Shown here: positions 20,756-29,842 of the stretch, one piece after another
Layout of the letters: every line of letters begins with the position of its first letter
Numbering within the stretch: position 1 is the stretch's first letter
NCBI GenBank assembly: GCA_050916045.1
Contig: CP051526.1
Coordinates: 2,464,001-2,528,000 of the forward strand
Reading direction: 5' to 3'
Source: Tepidisphaera sp.
Lineage (GTDB): Bacteria > Planctomycetota > Phycisphaerae > Phycisphaerales > UBA1924
Length of the DNA: 64,000 nucleotides
The notes under the pieces: generated by a model
Database searches by the model: none
Seen by the model: the letters and a program-made list of their open reading frames with translations, nothing else
Told to the model about the DNA's origin: nothing
Program-made: the position numbers and the translations under genes

Positions 20756-22678
20756 TCAGGGATTGCAGCCGTTCTCGAAGGCGAAGACGAACGCTTCGTA
20801 GTCGAAGAAATCCACAAAGGTGTCGAAATTCGCATCGGCATCTCTCAGCGGCGGACAATCCCCGCACTGGAAGCAGACGAGGTAGGCGTCATAGTCGAAG
20901 AAATCGATGAAGCTGTCGTAGTTGAAATCAGCGAGGCAGAAGTAATCGATGTTATCGATAGGGGTTACACAGTCGTCGATGAGGCCATCGTCGTTGCCAT
21001 CCTCGGTGGCCAACTCATCCTCATCGGGGATGTCGTTGCTGTTGCAGTCCCTTCCGATCGCGAACGTTGCGAACTGCTCGGCGCTGACCGGCACGTTTCC
21101 GGAAACCCCGTCGCACACGAGAATCGAAGGCCCCGTCGTCTTGGGAACAATGGCGTAGGTTCCGTGGGGCGGGGTCACGGCGCCGGATGCCCGGCGAAGG
21201 AAGAGCTTCCGCCCGGACACCACGGCCGTGAACGATGGTGACGCGTCAAAGATGTTCTCCTCGCACCCCTCGATCCCGGCGCCGCGGACCACGGTCACGG
21301 GCAGTTCAGTCGCGTTGGACGGGTGAAGGCGGACCGGCCCGTAAAACTCAAGCTCAACGAGGTTGGTGCTCGTCGAGGCGGCGTCATAGGCACTCTGAAG
21401 CAGAAGGTTGCTCGTGGTGTGATTGCCGTAAACCACACCGGAGTCCGCCGCGTGGACGGCGAAGGGGACGGCCCCCGACGCGCCGCCGCCGAAAGTGGAA
21501 GAGAGCGTCGTGTATTCTTCGGGGAGCGTGGCCCCGTTCACGCTGAGGACGCCGGACCAGACGCCGCTGGAGACGGTGTTGGAAGCATTCAGGATGATCT
21601 GCCCGGCGAGCCCGCTCGCGTTCCCGATGCGGATGATGCCGTTACTCTGCAACTGCTCGCCGATCTTTATCGTGCGACCGGAGACGAGCGAGCCGCCGAT
21701 GTTGATCTCATCGACGCTGTTGGATGAGTTGCGGACGGACTTCGAGATGGTCACGTCGGCGTTCAGGTTCCCGGAGACGGAGACCCGTGCGAACTCGCCG
21801 TCGGGAATACCCGCAACACCTGTTCCCCCTACGAAATCCGTGGTGTAACTGCCATTGAAGGAACCCCCGTTCGTGACGTTGAGCAGCCCGAGAGTGCCAG
21901 TCCCGGCGGTGGTCGTCGTCTCGATCACGGCGTCGAGATTCCTGGCTTCGATCCAACCAATGAAGTTCTTGGCCGAGATGACGGAAGGCAAGCCGGATGA
22001 GCCAATGATCGTCCCGGCGGGTGCCCGGAACGACTGGATGGACCCGTTGTCCGACACGACGGAGCCGCGCCATCCGGTGGTGCCTTCGGCGCGAACACCC
22101 CCGATGCTTGCCGGTCGGCCGAACTGACCCGTACCATTCGCCCGAAGCGTGCCCCATGCGTTACCGCTGCCGATGTTTGTAGCCACGATGAAGTTTTGGA
22201 TTCCGCTGGCGATAATCTCGCCCGGAGTTGTTGAGTCCCCGAACTGGCCGACGCTCCCGATTCCGAAGACCAGCGGCGAGGTACTGTTCGCCTCATCCAT
22301 GATTGCCTTACGAAAGAGGCTGATGGAATCTTCGGCTGGAACCAAGGGGACAATTGCAACCCTGCAGTAGCTCAGACTGCTCCCGTTGTCCACGCCCCCG
22401 TTGCCCGAAAGGTCGCGAAATGCAGTAACGGTGACCTGCTTGAACTTAACATTCAGCTGATTTACGTTGAGCGTGAGGGCAAACGGCTGCTGAAGCCCGG
22501 CATCTGCGAGGTGCTTGACCGTGATTCGGTACTCAGCGGACCATTCGCCCGTAGCACTGTCAAAACTGAACGAGTCTCGCACGTAGCTCCCATATGTCGA
22601 ACTGCTTGTCGTTTCGACCCAAGGTTGAGCAAGTGCGCTCGCCGACATGAACCAGACCACCGCCAAAACCGTCTTCAT
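20756..22678 (-). CDS. Secreted beta-rich protein with DCNxNxIPD Ca-binding motif and GC-type dockerin tail
   Basis: Signal peptide ..SALAQ; GRDCNSNDIPD; CLADFNYDSFIDFFDY...DANFDTFVDFFDY..FENGC. Confidence 0.8.
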   Translation of the reverse strand: MKTVLAVVWFMSASALAQPWVETTSSSTYGSYVRDSFSFDSATGEWSAEYRITVKHLADAGLQQPFALTLNVNQLNVKFKQVTVTAFRDLSGNGGVDNGSSLSYCRVAIVPLVPAEDSISLFRKAIMDEANSTSPLVFGIGSVGQFGDSTTPGEIIASGIQNFIVATNIGSGNAWGTLRANGTGQFGRPASIGGVRAEGTTGWRGSVVSDNGSIQSFRAPAGTIIGSSGLPSVISAKNFIGWIEARNLDAVIETTTTAGTGTLGLLNVTNGGSFNGSYTTDFVGGTGVAGIPDGEFARVSVSGNLNADVTISKSVRNSSNSVDEINIGGSLVSGRTIKIGEQLQSNGIIRIGNASGLAGQIILNASNTVSSGVWSGVLSVNGATLPEEYTTLSSTFGGGASGAVPFAVHAADSGVVYGNHTTSNLLLQSAYDAASTSTNLVELEFYGPVRLHPSNATELPVTVVRGAGIEGCEENIFDASPSFTAVVSGRKLFLRRASGAVTPPHGTYAIVPKTTGPSILVCDGVSGNVPVSAEQFATFAIGRDCNSNDIPDEDELATEDGNDDGLIDDCVTPIDNIDYFCLADFNYDSFIDFFDYDAYLVCFQCGDCPPLRDADANFDTFVDFFDYEAFVFAFENGCNP

Positions 22679-23685
22679 GTTCGATCCTTTCTTCGAGCAG
22701 GAATCAGAATACCGATCACCAAGAGCGTAAGCACGGATGGTGAAGGAACGTTGGAGGCCAATCGCAGGCCAACAAGGCCGAGGACCGGATTGTCGATTCG
22801 AGCGGAACGAAGCCGATCCGTCTCATCCTGAAACACATCACCCAGTTCCGAGCCAAGAACCCCCCGGCCACGCCCGCCGAAAGCGGAAAGCTCGTTCCAT
22901 TCCATCACGCCCCCCGACATGTCGCACAATCCCCAAGGCCCGAAGGCCCCGTACGCCCCGACGGGTAAGCCCCCCACCCAGTCGGGGATGTTGAACCCCG
23001 CGCTCGTCTGTCCCCCCTCCCACGGAAGGCCGCTTCGGAGGACGGTTTCGCCGCCTCCGATGTAGGTCCAGTACCCCTCCTGCCCCGGTCCGTACCGGTT
23101 CGGGTCGTACCACGCCGCTTTCGTCCACTCATCCGCCGTCGGGATCCAGTATTTCGCCCCGGGCAGGTGCGTCGAAGCATCATTCAGCGATCCATCGGGA
23201 TTCTGCGTGAACGTCGAGGTGTCGTACGCCCCCGTTTCAAACGCCCACGCCCCGCTCGCCTTGTCGTTGTGCAGCCAGTTGCAGTACCGGGCCATGTTCC
23301 GCCACGAAACCGCCACCGCCACGGTGCCCGCGTCCTGCTCGATATAGAACTGGTCATTCCGATCCAGACCGATCCAGAACCCCGTGAGGGCCGTGTCGTC
23401 GCGCGGGTTCCCCTGGTAGTACGGCCGGTACGCGTTCAAGAACTCAAGCCACTGCGCGTTGGTCGTTTCCGTTTGGCTCAGCCGGTACTCGTAATCCACC
23501 CGGCCCAATCCCGGCCAGAACGGCGCTTCCTGCTCATTCGCCGTGCGGTTCCCGGGGTTCCCGATGGTCGCCCAGCCGTAGCCCCCGCTCGGCTGCCCCC
23601 ACGCCAAGGGCGCCGCGACCGCCAACCCCAGCGCGGCCGCCGTGAACGCCCGCAACGTCGGGCACGACCCATGTTCCTTCGCCAT
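22675..23685 (-). CDS. SUMF1/FGE-sulfatase-like domain protein with PEP-CTERM-like sorting tail
   Basis: TIGNPGN, ETTNAQW.EFLN, PTADEWTKAA, DMSGGVMEW, GLRLA; tail VPSPSVLTLLVIGILIPARRK. Confidence 0.85.
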   Translation of the reverse strand: MAKEHGSCPTLRAFTAAALGLAVAAPLAWGQPSGGYGWATIGNPGNRTANEQEAPFWPGLGRVDYEYRLSQTETTNAQWLEFLNAYRPYYQGNPRDDTALTGFWIGLDRNDQFYIEQDAGTVAVAVSWRNMARYCNWLHNDKASGAWAFETGAYDTSTFTQNPDGSLNDASTHLPGAKYWIPTADEWTKAAWYDPNRYGPGQEGYWTYIGGGETVLRSGLPWEGGQTSAGFNIPDWVGGLPVGAYGAFGPWGLCDMSGGVMEWNELSAFGGRGRGVLGSELGDVFQDETDRLRSARIDNPVLGLVGLRLASNVPSPSVLTLLVIGILIPARRKDRT

Positions 23686-23859
23686 CGGTGACCTCCTGCA
23701 GGCGTGATCCTGCTCCGAGAACATACCACACATTCGGGTGAATCACCAACGAATGGGCCAAGAACCTTTGGAGAAGTTCACGCCAGCCATGCGCGTTCCG
23801 GCAGGCCGATCGCACGGACTCAAGTTCGTGCCGCGTGCCCAAGTCTCGCCGCAAGCCCA

Positions 23860-24153
23860 TGTTGCACATGCCCCCACCCACGCCGTACCGGCCCCCACCC
23901 CCGCCGCACGCGTTCCCACGCCGGGCGACGACGGCTCAAAACCCCGCGCAGCGCTCTTCCGTCTCCTTGCTTTGCTCTTCTGCGAGCTTGCTTTGGGGTT
24001 CTGCGAGCTTGCTTTTCGCCGCAACGAGCTTGCATCGCGATGCTGCAAGGAGGCAGGGCGCGAAAACAAGGAGGCCGCGCGCCCCATTGAGGAGGTTTCA
24101 GCCTCCATCCGCGAGGTTGCGATGTTCCGCGCGAAGGTCGGACGACGCCGCGC
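23860..24153. repeat. Degenerate 21-bp-period tandem array (about 14 units)
   Basis: Adjacent units such as TCCTTGCTTTGCTCTTCTGCG / AGCTTGCTTTGGGGTTCTGCG / AGCTTGCTTTTCGCCGCAACG, drifting along the array. Confidence 0.7.
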
Positions 24154-24250
24154 GCGTGTCGCGTGATGGAAGCACACCGCGTCCCTCCCTCGCTCGCGCG
24201 TCGGGCTCTGAAGGATCGGGCTCTTTCGTCTTCTCCGCGAAGCGGCGCGG

Positions 24251-25759
24251 TTACTGCCCCTGCGCCATGCTGTACCCCTTCACGCCGTCGAACAAGCGGA
24301 GGAGTTCGTACGAGCAGACCGTGAAGCTCTCGGCGATCTTGTCCATCAGGGCCACGCAGCGGCTCTGGCCGAACGTGCCGGCAGCGATGCCGTCCTTGAG
24401 CTCAAACCGCACGCGGTAGTAATCCACGCACTCGGTGTACACCGAGCCCGTCGGCCACACCTGCGTCCCGCGGTTGCTGATGATCGCGAGCTTGAAGGGT
24501 GTGTCCTGGCAGACGCGGTTCATCTCTTCCGCCAGCGCGAGCGGGGACAAGGTCGTGTCCAGATAAATGTCGCAGCCGACCACCTGCGTGGTGAGGTTCT
24601 TGAACGTGCGGATCACCTGCTGCCCCGTCGGCGCGGGCGGGCGGATGAAGCAGTGGTCCCCGGCCTGCGCCTCGGGGATCGGCGTCACCGTCTTGGGCGT
24701 GTTGCCCAGGTTGTCGATGATCGCCTGCGTGAATTCCTTCGTCCCAACCGGCGGCGTCACCTTCGCGCCGTTGGTCCCGCTGGTGTACCCGAAGTCCCCG
24801 GTGTGGATGCCGGACTCCAGCGTCGCGAGCAAAGCGTTCTCGATCGTCGCCGCTTCCTTGAACAAGCACAGGTGCCGGAGCATCATGAGGCCGCTGAGCA
24901 CGAGGCTGGTCGGGTTGGCGATCCCGCGCCCCGCGATGTCGGGCGCGGTGCCATGCACGGCTTCAAAGATCGAGATGTGGTTCCCGATGTTGGCCGAGGG
25001 CGCAAACCCCAAGCCGCCGACGAGGCCCGCCACCAGGTCCGAGACGATGTCCCCCTGCAGGTTCGGCAGCACCACCATCTTGTACTGCTGCGGCTTGAGG
25101 ACCAAGTTCATGCAGAGCGCGTCGACGATGACGTCCGCCTGCTCGATCTCCTGAAAGTCCTTGCCGACGGCTTTGAACCGATCGAGGAAGAGACCGTCGG
25201 ACATCTTCATGATGTTGGCTTTGTGCCCGCAGTGGATTTTCTTGAGCCCGAGCTTGCGGGCCGTCTGGTACGCGAAGCGGTGCACCTGATCGGATCCCGG
25301 CGCTGAGATCAGCCGCTTGCACTGCACCATGTCGCTCGACAAGCGGTGCTCGACGCCGCCGTAGGTGTCCTCGATGTTCTCGCGGACGATCGCCATGTCG
25401 ATGTTGATCCCGGCTTTGGAATAGACCGTCTCGACGCCGGGGAGGGTCTTGAAGACCCGGTAGTTCGCGTACGCGTTCCAGAGCTTGCGCGCCGTCACGT
25501 TGATCGACTTGCCGCCGCCGCCCTTGGGCGTCTCCATCGGCCCCTTGAACAGGATCCCGCACGACTCGACGGTGCGGATGCAGGCGTCGGACATCCCGCG
25601 GCTGTTCCCCTTGGCGAATTCGGCTCCACCCATCTCGACGGTGACAAAGTCCGCCTGGTTGTGCACGCCGGCGGCCTTAAAGAGGTCCATCGTGGCGGCC
25701 ATGATCTCGGGGCCGATCCCGTCACCGGGGGCAAGGGCGATCGTGAGGCTTCGGGACAT
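24251..25759 (-). CDS. icd: NADP-dependent isocitrate dehydrogenase with C-terminal extension
   Basis: GDGIGPEI, KGPMETP, RENIED.YG, HKANIMK, NLQGDIVSD, FEAVHGTAPDIAG, ISNRGTQVWP; SD GGAG before ATG 25759. Confidence 0.92.
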   Translation of the reverse strand: MSRSLTIALAPGDGIGPEIMAATMDLFKAAGVHNQADFVTVEMGGAEFAKGNSRGMSDACIRTVESCGILFKGPMETPKGGGGKSINVTARKLWNAYANYRVFKTLPGVETVYSKAGINIDMAIVRENIEDTYGGVEHRLSSDMVQCKRLISAPGSDQVHRFAYQTARKLGLKKIHCGHKANIMKMSDGLFLDRFKAVGKDFQEIEQADVIVDALCMNLVLKPQQYKMVVLPNLQGDIVSDLVAGLVGGLGFAPSANIGNHISIFEAVHGTAPDIAGRGIANPTSLVLSGLMMLRHLCLFKEAATIENALLATLESGIHTGDFGYTSGTNGAKVTPPVGTKEFTQAIIDNLGNTPKTVTPIPEAQAGDHCFIRPPAPTGQQVIRTFKNLTTQVVGCDIYLDTTLSPLALAEEMNRVCQDTPFKLAIISNRGTQVWPTGSVYTECVDYYRVRFELKDGIAAGTFGQSRCVALMDKIAESFTVCSYELLRLFDGVKGYSMAQGQ

Positions 25760-25819
25760 TGCGATCTCCAAGGGGTACGGATTCGAGAGGCCAACATTAG
25801 GCGGAAAAAGACGAAGATT

Positions 25820-25915
25820 CACCACAGAGGCGCAGAGACACCGAGGGGAAAGCCCGACAAATTGGTTTCCTTTCAGTTCGCCCGCTCTTCTCCGTGTCTC
25901 GGCGCCTCTGCGGTG
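25820..25915. repeat. Intergenic inverted repeat built from 9-mer CACAGAGRC-like units
   Basis: CACCACAGAGGCGCAGAGACACCGAG (25820-25845) and CTCCGTGTCTCGGCGCCTCTGCGGTG (25890-25915) are near reverse complements. Confidence 0.7.
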
Positions 25916-25951
25916 GACGCCTTCCCGCTCCCCGAGGGGTACCCTCCCGCG

Positions 25952-28585
25952 ATGGACCCCCATTCGGCCCACGCGCGCGGCCAAGACGCCCTCCTCGCCG
26001 ACCTCACCGCTCCTCAGAAGGAAGCGGTGCTGTGCACGCGCGGCCCCCTCCTCATCCTCGCCGCCGCCGGCTCGGGCAAGACCCGCGTCATCACCCGCCG
26101 CATCGCCCACCTCCTCCGCTCGGGCGTCCCCCCCTGGTCCATCCTCGCCCTCACCTTCACCAACAAAGCCGCCGGCGAGATGCGCGAACGCGTCGCCCAC
26201 CTCATCACCGCCGGCGTCCCGCGCGAAGACGGCTCGGTCTACATCGCTTCCGACCGCGCCGCCAAAGCCCTCACCGTCACGACGTTCCACTCCCTCTGCG
26301 CCCGCCTCCTCCGCCGCTACGCCGAAGCCGCCGGCCTCCGCCCCGACTACACCATCTTCGACGATGGCGACCAGATGTCCCTCGCCAAGAAAGTCATCGC
26401 CGACCTCCAGCTCTCCACCAGCAACTGGCCCCCGCGCTCCGTCCTCTCCGCCATCAGCAACGCCAAGAACGACCTCCTCGACGCCGCCGCCTACGAGGAA
26501 CGCGCCACCGACTTCCACGCTCGCACCGTCGCCAAGGTCTACAAGGCCTACGAAGCCGCTCTCAAGAAAGCCAACGCCGTCGACTTCGACGACCTCCTCG
26601 GCCACGTCGCCAAGATGCTCAAGACCCGCCCAGATGTCCGCGCCGAGTTGCAGGACCGCTGGCGGTACCTCATGATCGACGAGTACCAGGACACCAACCG
26701 GGCCCAGTTCACCATCGCCCACCTGCTCGCGGGCGACGGCTCGGCCTCGGCTCAACCCGGCACGGCCAACACCGGCCCCAACGTCTGCGTCGTCGGCGAT
26801 CCCGACCAATCCATCTACGGCTGGCGCGGCGCCGACCTCTCCAACATCCTCGACTTCGAGAAGCACTACCCCAAAGCCCGCACCATCAAGCTCGGCGAGA
26901 ACTTCCGCTCAACCGCCCCCATCCTCCGCGCCGCCGACGGCCTCATCAAGCACAACAAGGAACGCCGCGACAAGCCCCTCTTCACAAGCAAAGCCGGCGG
27001 CGAGCCTATCGAGATCGTCCTCACCCGCGATGAACGCCACGAAGCCTCCCTCGTCGCCGACTGGCTCCGCGCCCGCCACATGGCCGAAGACAACGGCGAA
27101 GCCTTCGCGTGGAAGGACCTCGCCGTCTTCTACCGCACCAACTCCCTCTCCCGCGTCATGGAAGACGCCCTCCGTCAAGCCGGCATTCCCTACGTCATCG
27201 CCCGCGGCACCGCTTTCTACGACCGTGAGGAAGTCAAAGCCGCCCTCGCCTACCTCCGCGTCGTCGCCAACCCCGCCGACGCCATCAGCCTCGAACGCTG
27301 CGTCAACACCCCAAGCCGCGGCATCAGCGACCCCACCATCGACAAACTCAACGAATGGGCCGGCCAGAACGACGCAACCCTCTGGGACGCCATGCTCCAA
27401 GCGGGCGACACCGGCGGCCCCGCCGCCGCAAGCGGCCTCAGCTCCCGCGCCGTCGGTTCCATCCAGAAGTTCGTCGAGCTCGTCGAGGGCTGGACCGGCG
27501 GCGGCACCTTCATGGGTGCTCAGGTCTCAAGCTCGCTCTCCCAGCTCGTCGAACGCATCATCGTCGAAAGCGGCCTCCGCGCGATGTACTCCACCCGCGC
27601 CGCCACCAGCAAGTCCGACGCCGACGCCGCACGCCTGGACAACCTCGACGAACTCATCTCTTCCGCCCGTGCTTTCGAGCTCGAATACGACCCCGCGGGC
27701 GACCCCGCCGCCGAGCGGCTCAAGGATGAGGATGCCGGGCCGGGGGAAACGGGAGCCGCGGATGCCGCTTTCGATCTTGAGCCGGGGGCGTTCGAGACCC
27801 CTCCGCTTCTCGCGATGCTCCGCGGATTCCTGGAATCGATCACCCTCATCGCCGACGCCGACGCCGTCGACCCCGCCCAGGGCGCGGTCACGCTCATGAC
27901 GCTCCACGCGGCCAAGGGCCTTGAATTCGGTGCCGCCGCCATCATCGCCCTCGAAGAGGGCACGCTCCCGCACAGCCGCGCCCTCACCGACGAATCGCAG
28001 ATGGAGGAAGAGCGCCGCCTCTGCTTCGTCGGCATCACCCGCGCGATGAAACGCCTCATGCTCACGTGCGCCCGCTACCGCACCCAGCGCGGCCTCTCCG
28101 AACGCACGATGCCAAGCCGGTTCATCGACGAGATCCCCTCCGAAGCCCGCGTCCTCTCCGACCAAGCCGACATGTTCGGCGGCCTCGACGCGTCCTGGGG
28201 CGGTGCCCGCGACAGCAGCGACCTTCGCGGCGACGACTTCGGCGACCGCCTCCCCCGCCCCGCTCCGCGCACAACCCCCACCTATCCAGTCCATCCAAGC
28301 TCCCCCGGGTCCGCGCTCCGTCCCGCTGCGGCGAAACCCGGCTCCCCGCCATCCCCCTCCGCGCCCTCGGTCCGCCGCGTCGTCCCCACCGACGACCCCG
28401 CGAGTTCCGGCAACCCCGGGCTTGCCAACCTGCCCGCCGGCGCGGTCGTCCGCCACCCGCAATTCGGCCGGGGCAAGGTGATGTCGGTCTCCAAGGGCCA
28501 GAACGCCCGGGCCGTCATCAACTTCGACGGCGTCGGTGTCAAAACCCTCGTCCTCGAGTACGCCCGGCTCACCCGCGTCACCTAA
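25952..28585 (+). CDS. UvrD/PcrA family SF1 DNA helicase
   Basis: AAAGSGKT, TFTNKAA.EM, DEYQD, VGDPDQSIYGWRGA, ENFRST, TLHAAKGLEF, EEERRLCFVGITRA, C-terminal HPQFG Tudor-like domain. Confidence 0.95.
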   Translation: MDPHSAHARGQDALLADLTAPQKEAVLCTRGPLLILAAAGSGKTRVITRRIAHLLRSGVPPWSILALTFTNKAAGEMRERVAHLITAGVPREDGSVYIASDRAAKALTVTTFHSLCARLLRRYAEAAGLRPDYTIFDDGDQMSLAKKVIADLQLSTSNWPPRSVLSAISNAKNDLLDAAAYEERATDFHARTVAKVYKAYEAALKKANAVDFDDLLGHVAKMLKTRPDVRAELQDRWRYLMIDEYQDTNRAQFTIAHLLAGDGSASAQPGTANTGPNVCVVGDPDQSIYGWRGADLSNILDFEKHYPKARTIKLGENFRSTAPILRAADGLIKHNKERRDKPLFTSKAGGEPIEIVLTRDERHEASLVADWLRARHMAEDNGEAFAWKDLAVFYRTNSLSRVMEDALRQAGIPYVIARGTAFYDREEVKAALAYLRVVANPADAISLERCVNTPSRGISDPTIDKLNEWAGQNDATLWDAMLQAGDTGGPAAASGLSSRAVGSIQKFVELVEGWTGGGTFMGAQVSSSLSQLVERIIVESGLRAMYSTRAATSKSDADAARLDNLDELISSARAFELEYDPAGDPAAERLKDEDAGPGETGAADAAFDLEPGAFETPPLLAMLRGFLESITLIADADAVDPAQGAVTLMTLHAAKGLEFGAAAIIALEEGTLPHSRALTDESQMEEERRLCFVGITRAMKRLMLTCARYRTQRGLSERTMPSRFIDEIPSEARVLSDQADMFGGLDASWGGARDSSDLRGDDFGDRLPRPAPRTTPTYPVHPSSPGSALRPAAAKPGSPPSPSAPSVRRVVPTDDPASSGNPGLANLPAGAVVRHPQFGRGKVMSVSKGQNARAVINFDGVGVKTLVLEYARLTRVT

Positions 28586-28747
28586 ACCCGTTCCGGGCGG
28601 GCGGCCTTCACGTCCGCTTTCCGGTTCTTAACGCATCCAAGCCCGACCCGAGCCAGTTCGCGGGCCCGCCGGAGACCCCGGGGACCCGGGATTCACGACT
28701 TCGGGGGGTGAGGGCCGATTCAGAGGACTTAGACAGGAGATGGCTGC

Positions 28748-29662
28748 ATGGAGATCGTGATCGTCGGGCTGGGCAAGATGGGCGGAAACATGGCGGAACG
28801 CCTCCTCAAAGGGGGCCACTCGGTCATTGGGGTGGATCCCAACCCCGAAGCCGCCTCCCGGATCAAAGCCAGCGGCGGTGCGCACGCTCCGGACATGAAA
28901 GCAGCCGTGGCCGCGCTCAAGGGCGGTGCCGGCTCCCGCCACCTCTGGCTGATGATCCCCGCCGGCGCCCCCGTCGACGCCGCGATCGCCCAGATCCTCC
29001 CCTCCCTCGCCCCCGGCGACACCATCATCGACGGCGGCAACAGCAACTACAAGGACACCATCCGCCGCGGAAAGGAACTCGCCGTCAAGGGCATCCATTT
29101 CGTCGACTGCGGAACTTCCGGCGGCGTCTGGGGCCTCGCCAACGGCTATTCGATGATGATCGGCGGCCCCGAAGCCGCCGTCGAACGCATGCGGCCCATC
29201 TTCGAGACCCTCGCCCCGGGTAAGAACACCGGCTGGGGTCGCGTCGGCCCCACCGGATCGGGCCACTTCGTCAAGATGGTCCACAACGGCATCGAGTACG
29301 GCATGATGCAAGCCTTCGCCGAAGGCTTCGCCATCATGCACAAGAAGACCGAGTTCGGCCTCGACCTCGCCCAGATCTCCGCCATCTGGCAGGTCGGCTC
29401 CGTCGTCCGTTCCTGGCTTCTGGACCTCACCGCCGAAGCCCTCAAAGCCGACCAAACCCTCGCCGACATCAAGCCCTTCGTCTCCGACAGCGGCGAAGGA
29501 CGCTGGACCGTCGCCGAAGCGATCGACCTCGACGTTTCCGCCCCGGTCATCACGCTCAGCCTCCTCGCCCGCCTCGAATCACGCGACAGCGAGGGTTACG
29601 CCCACCGCATGCTCTCGGTGATGCGAAACGCCTTCGGCGGCCACGCGATGCAGAAGAAGTGA
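28748..29662 (+). CDS. gnd: 6-phosphogluconate dehydrogenase (decarboxylating, short form)
   Basis: GLGKMG, IDGGNS, DCGTSGG, GHFVKMVHNGIEYG, SGEGRWT, RNAFGGH. Confidence 0.95.
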   Translation: MEIVIVGLGKMGGNMAERLLKGGHSVIGVDPNPEAASRIKASGGAHAPDMKAAVAALKGGAGSRHLWLMIPAGAPVDAAIAQILPSLAPGDTIIDGGNSNYKDTIRRGKELAVKGIHFVDCGTSGGVWGLANGYSMMIGGPEAAVERMRPIFETLAPGKNTGWGRVGPTGSGHFVKMVHNGIEYGMMQAFAEGFAIMHKKTEFGLDLAQISAIWQVGSVVRSWLLDLTAEALKADQTLADIKPFVSDSGEGRWTVAEAIDLDVSAPVITLSLLARLESRDSEGYAHRMLSVMRNAFGGHAMQKK

Positions 29663-29842
29663 CGACGGCGGCCCTTCAGCAAGCACAGCAGGAAGATTCA
29701 GGGAGATCGGCGGCGAACCCGGAATCGCATCATCCCGGGCCGCGACACCTTCTCCGTCCTTTCGGCCTTGCAGCGTGCCGCTCACCGCGCTCCGTTTCTC
29801 ACGAGTTCTTCCGATCCGCATCACGACTACCTTGAGAGTGCC

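Noticed and set aside
22675..22900. DGR variable region in the FGE/SUMF1 gene
   Set aside because: No template repeat or reverse transcriptase seen in the window; cannot be supported here
24251..28585. Apparent long overlap of the 871-aa and 1079-aa ORFs
   Set aside because: Artefact of upstream extension; real starts are about 25759 (icd) and 25952 (uvrD), which are divergent and do not overlap
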